Notes under the pieces: generated by a model
Told to the model about the DNA's origin: nothing
The model's database searches: none
The model's input: only the letters and a program-made list of their open reading frames with translations
Origin: Thermoplasmata archaeon
GTDB lineage: Archaea > Thermoplasmatota > Thermoplasmata > Lutacidiplasmatales > UBA184
Length of the DNA: 46,949 nucleotides
NCBI GenBank assembly: GCA_021812305.1
Contig: JAKAOB010000002.1
Span: 1 to 46,949, forward strand
Reading direction: 5' to 3'
In this document: positions 46,822-46,949 of the stretch, one piece after another
Layout: each line of letters opens with the position of its first letter
Numbering within the stretch: the stretch's first letter is position 1
Translations under genes and position numbers: made by a program

Positions 46822-46949
46822 GCGTGAGTTTGGCACTTTATAAGCCACCTTCGACGCCCGGGAACTGACCCTTTTCGGCGAGCGAGAAGACCTGCACGAG
46901 GTGCGCCAGAGTTCCATCCGCCCGGGTCAACTTCCGCACCGCTCCGACC

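Noticed and set aside
46830..46860. Minus-strand GAAGGTGGCTTAT resembling the RNase P RNA 3' conserved region
   Set aside because: It lacks the ACAGAA context, the upstream conserved region and a GC-rich P1 strand. It is better explained as a TATA box.
1..46949. CRISPR array, rRNA or intact transposase/integrase
   Set aside because: No regularly spaced repeats, rRNA signatures or recombinase/transposase motifs were seen by eye.

Overview
High-GC archaeal chromosomal segment. The gene set (TFS, Rpo11, ArcS, KptA, helicase-only Hef, single-OB SSB, TATA-type promoters) points to a high-GC Thermoplasmatota lineage, which is an inference. Most of the window is housekeeping: asnS (partial), tfs, purD, rpoL, kptA, an aldehyde dehydrogenase, hef, dut, ubiD/ubiA, arcS, tRNA-Val(TAC), carAB, ssb and trpS. 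An accessory stretch follows tRNA-Val. It opens with a lower-GC decayed mobile-element remnant carrying a truncated, frameshifted B-family polymerase, then continues with an uncharacterised operon (P-loop NTPase, ABC exporter, M14 peptidase), an arginine-synthetase (ArcE)-like gene and an atypical cupredoxin. Further on are a two-component system, an orphan DNA methyltransferase fused to an HTH, and a phosphate/polyphosphate module: HAD, SixA, a tandem thymidylate-kinase-like pair (probable heteromeric PPK3), Ppx and PhoU. Main observations: (1) two otherwise intact genes, arcS and the first PPK3-like subunit, have no ATG/GTG/TTG start and appear to begin at ACG behind SD-like motifs, one of which is buried in a strong hairpin; (2) the polyP module; (3) the NTPase-ABC-M14 operon; (4) the PolB remnant at the tRNA; (5) a tandem pair of paralogous wHTH proteins I cannot assign to a family. 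No CRISPR array or rRNA was seen. All calls come from reading motifs by eye; no database searches were run.
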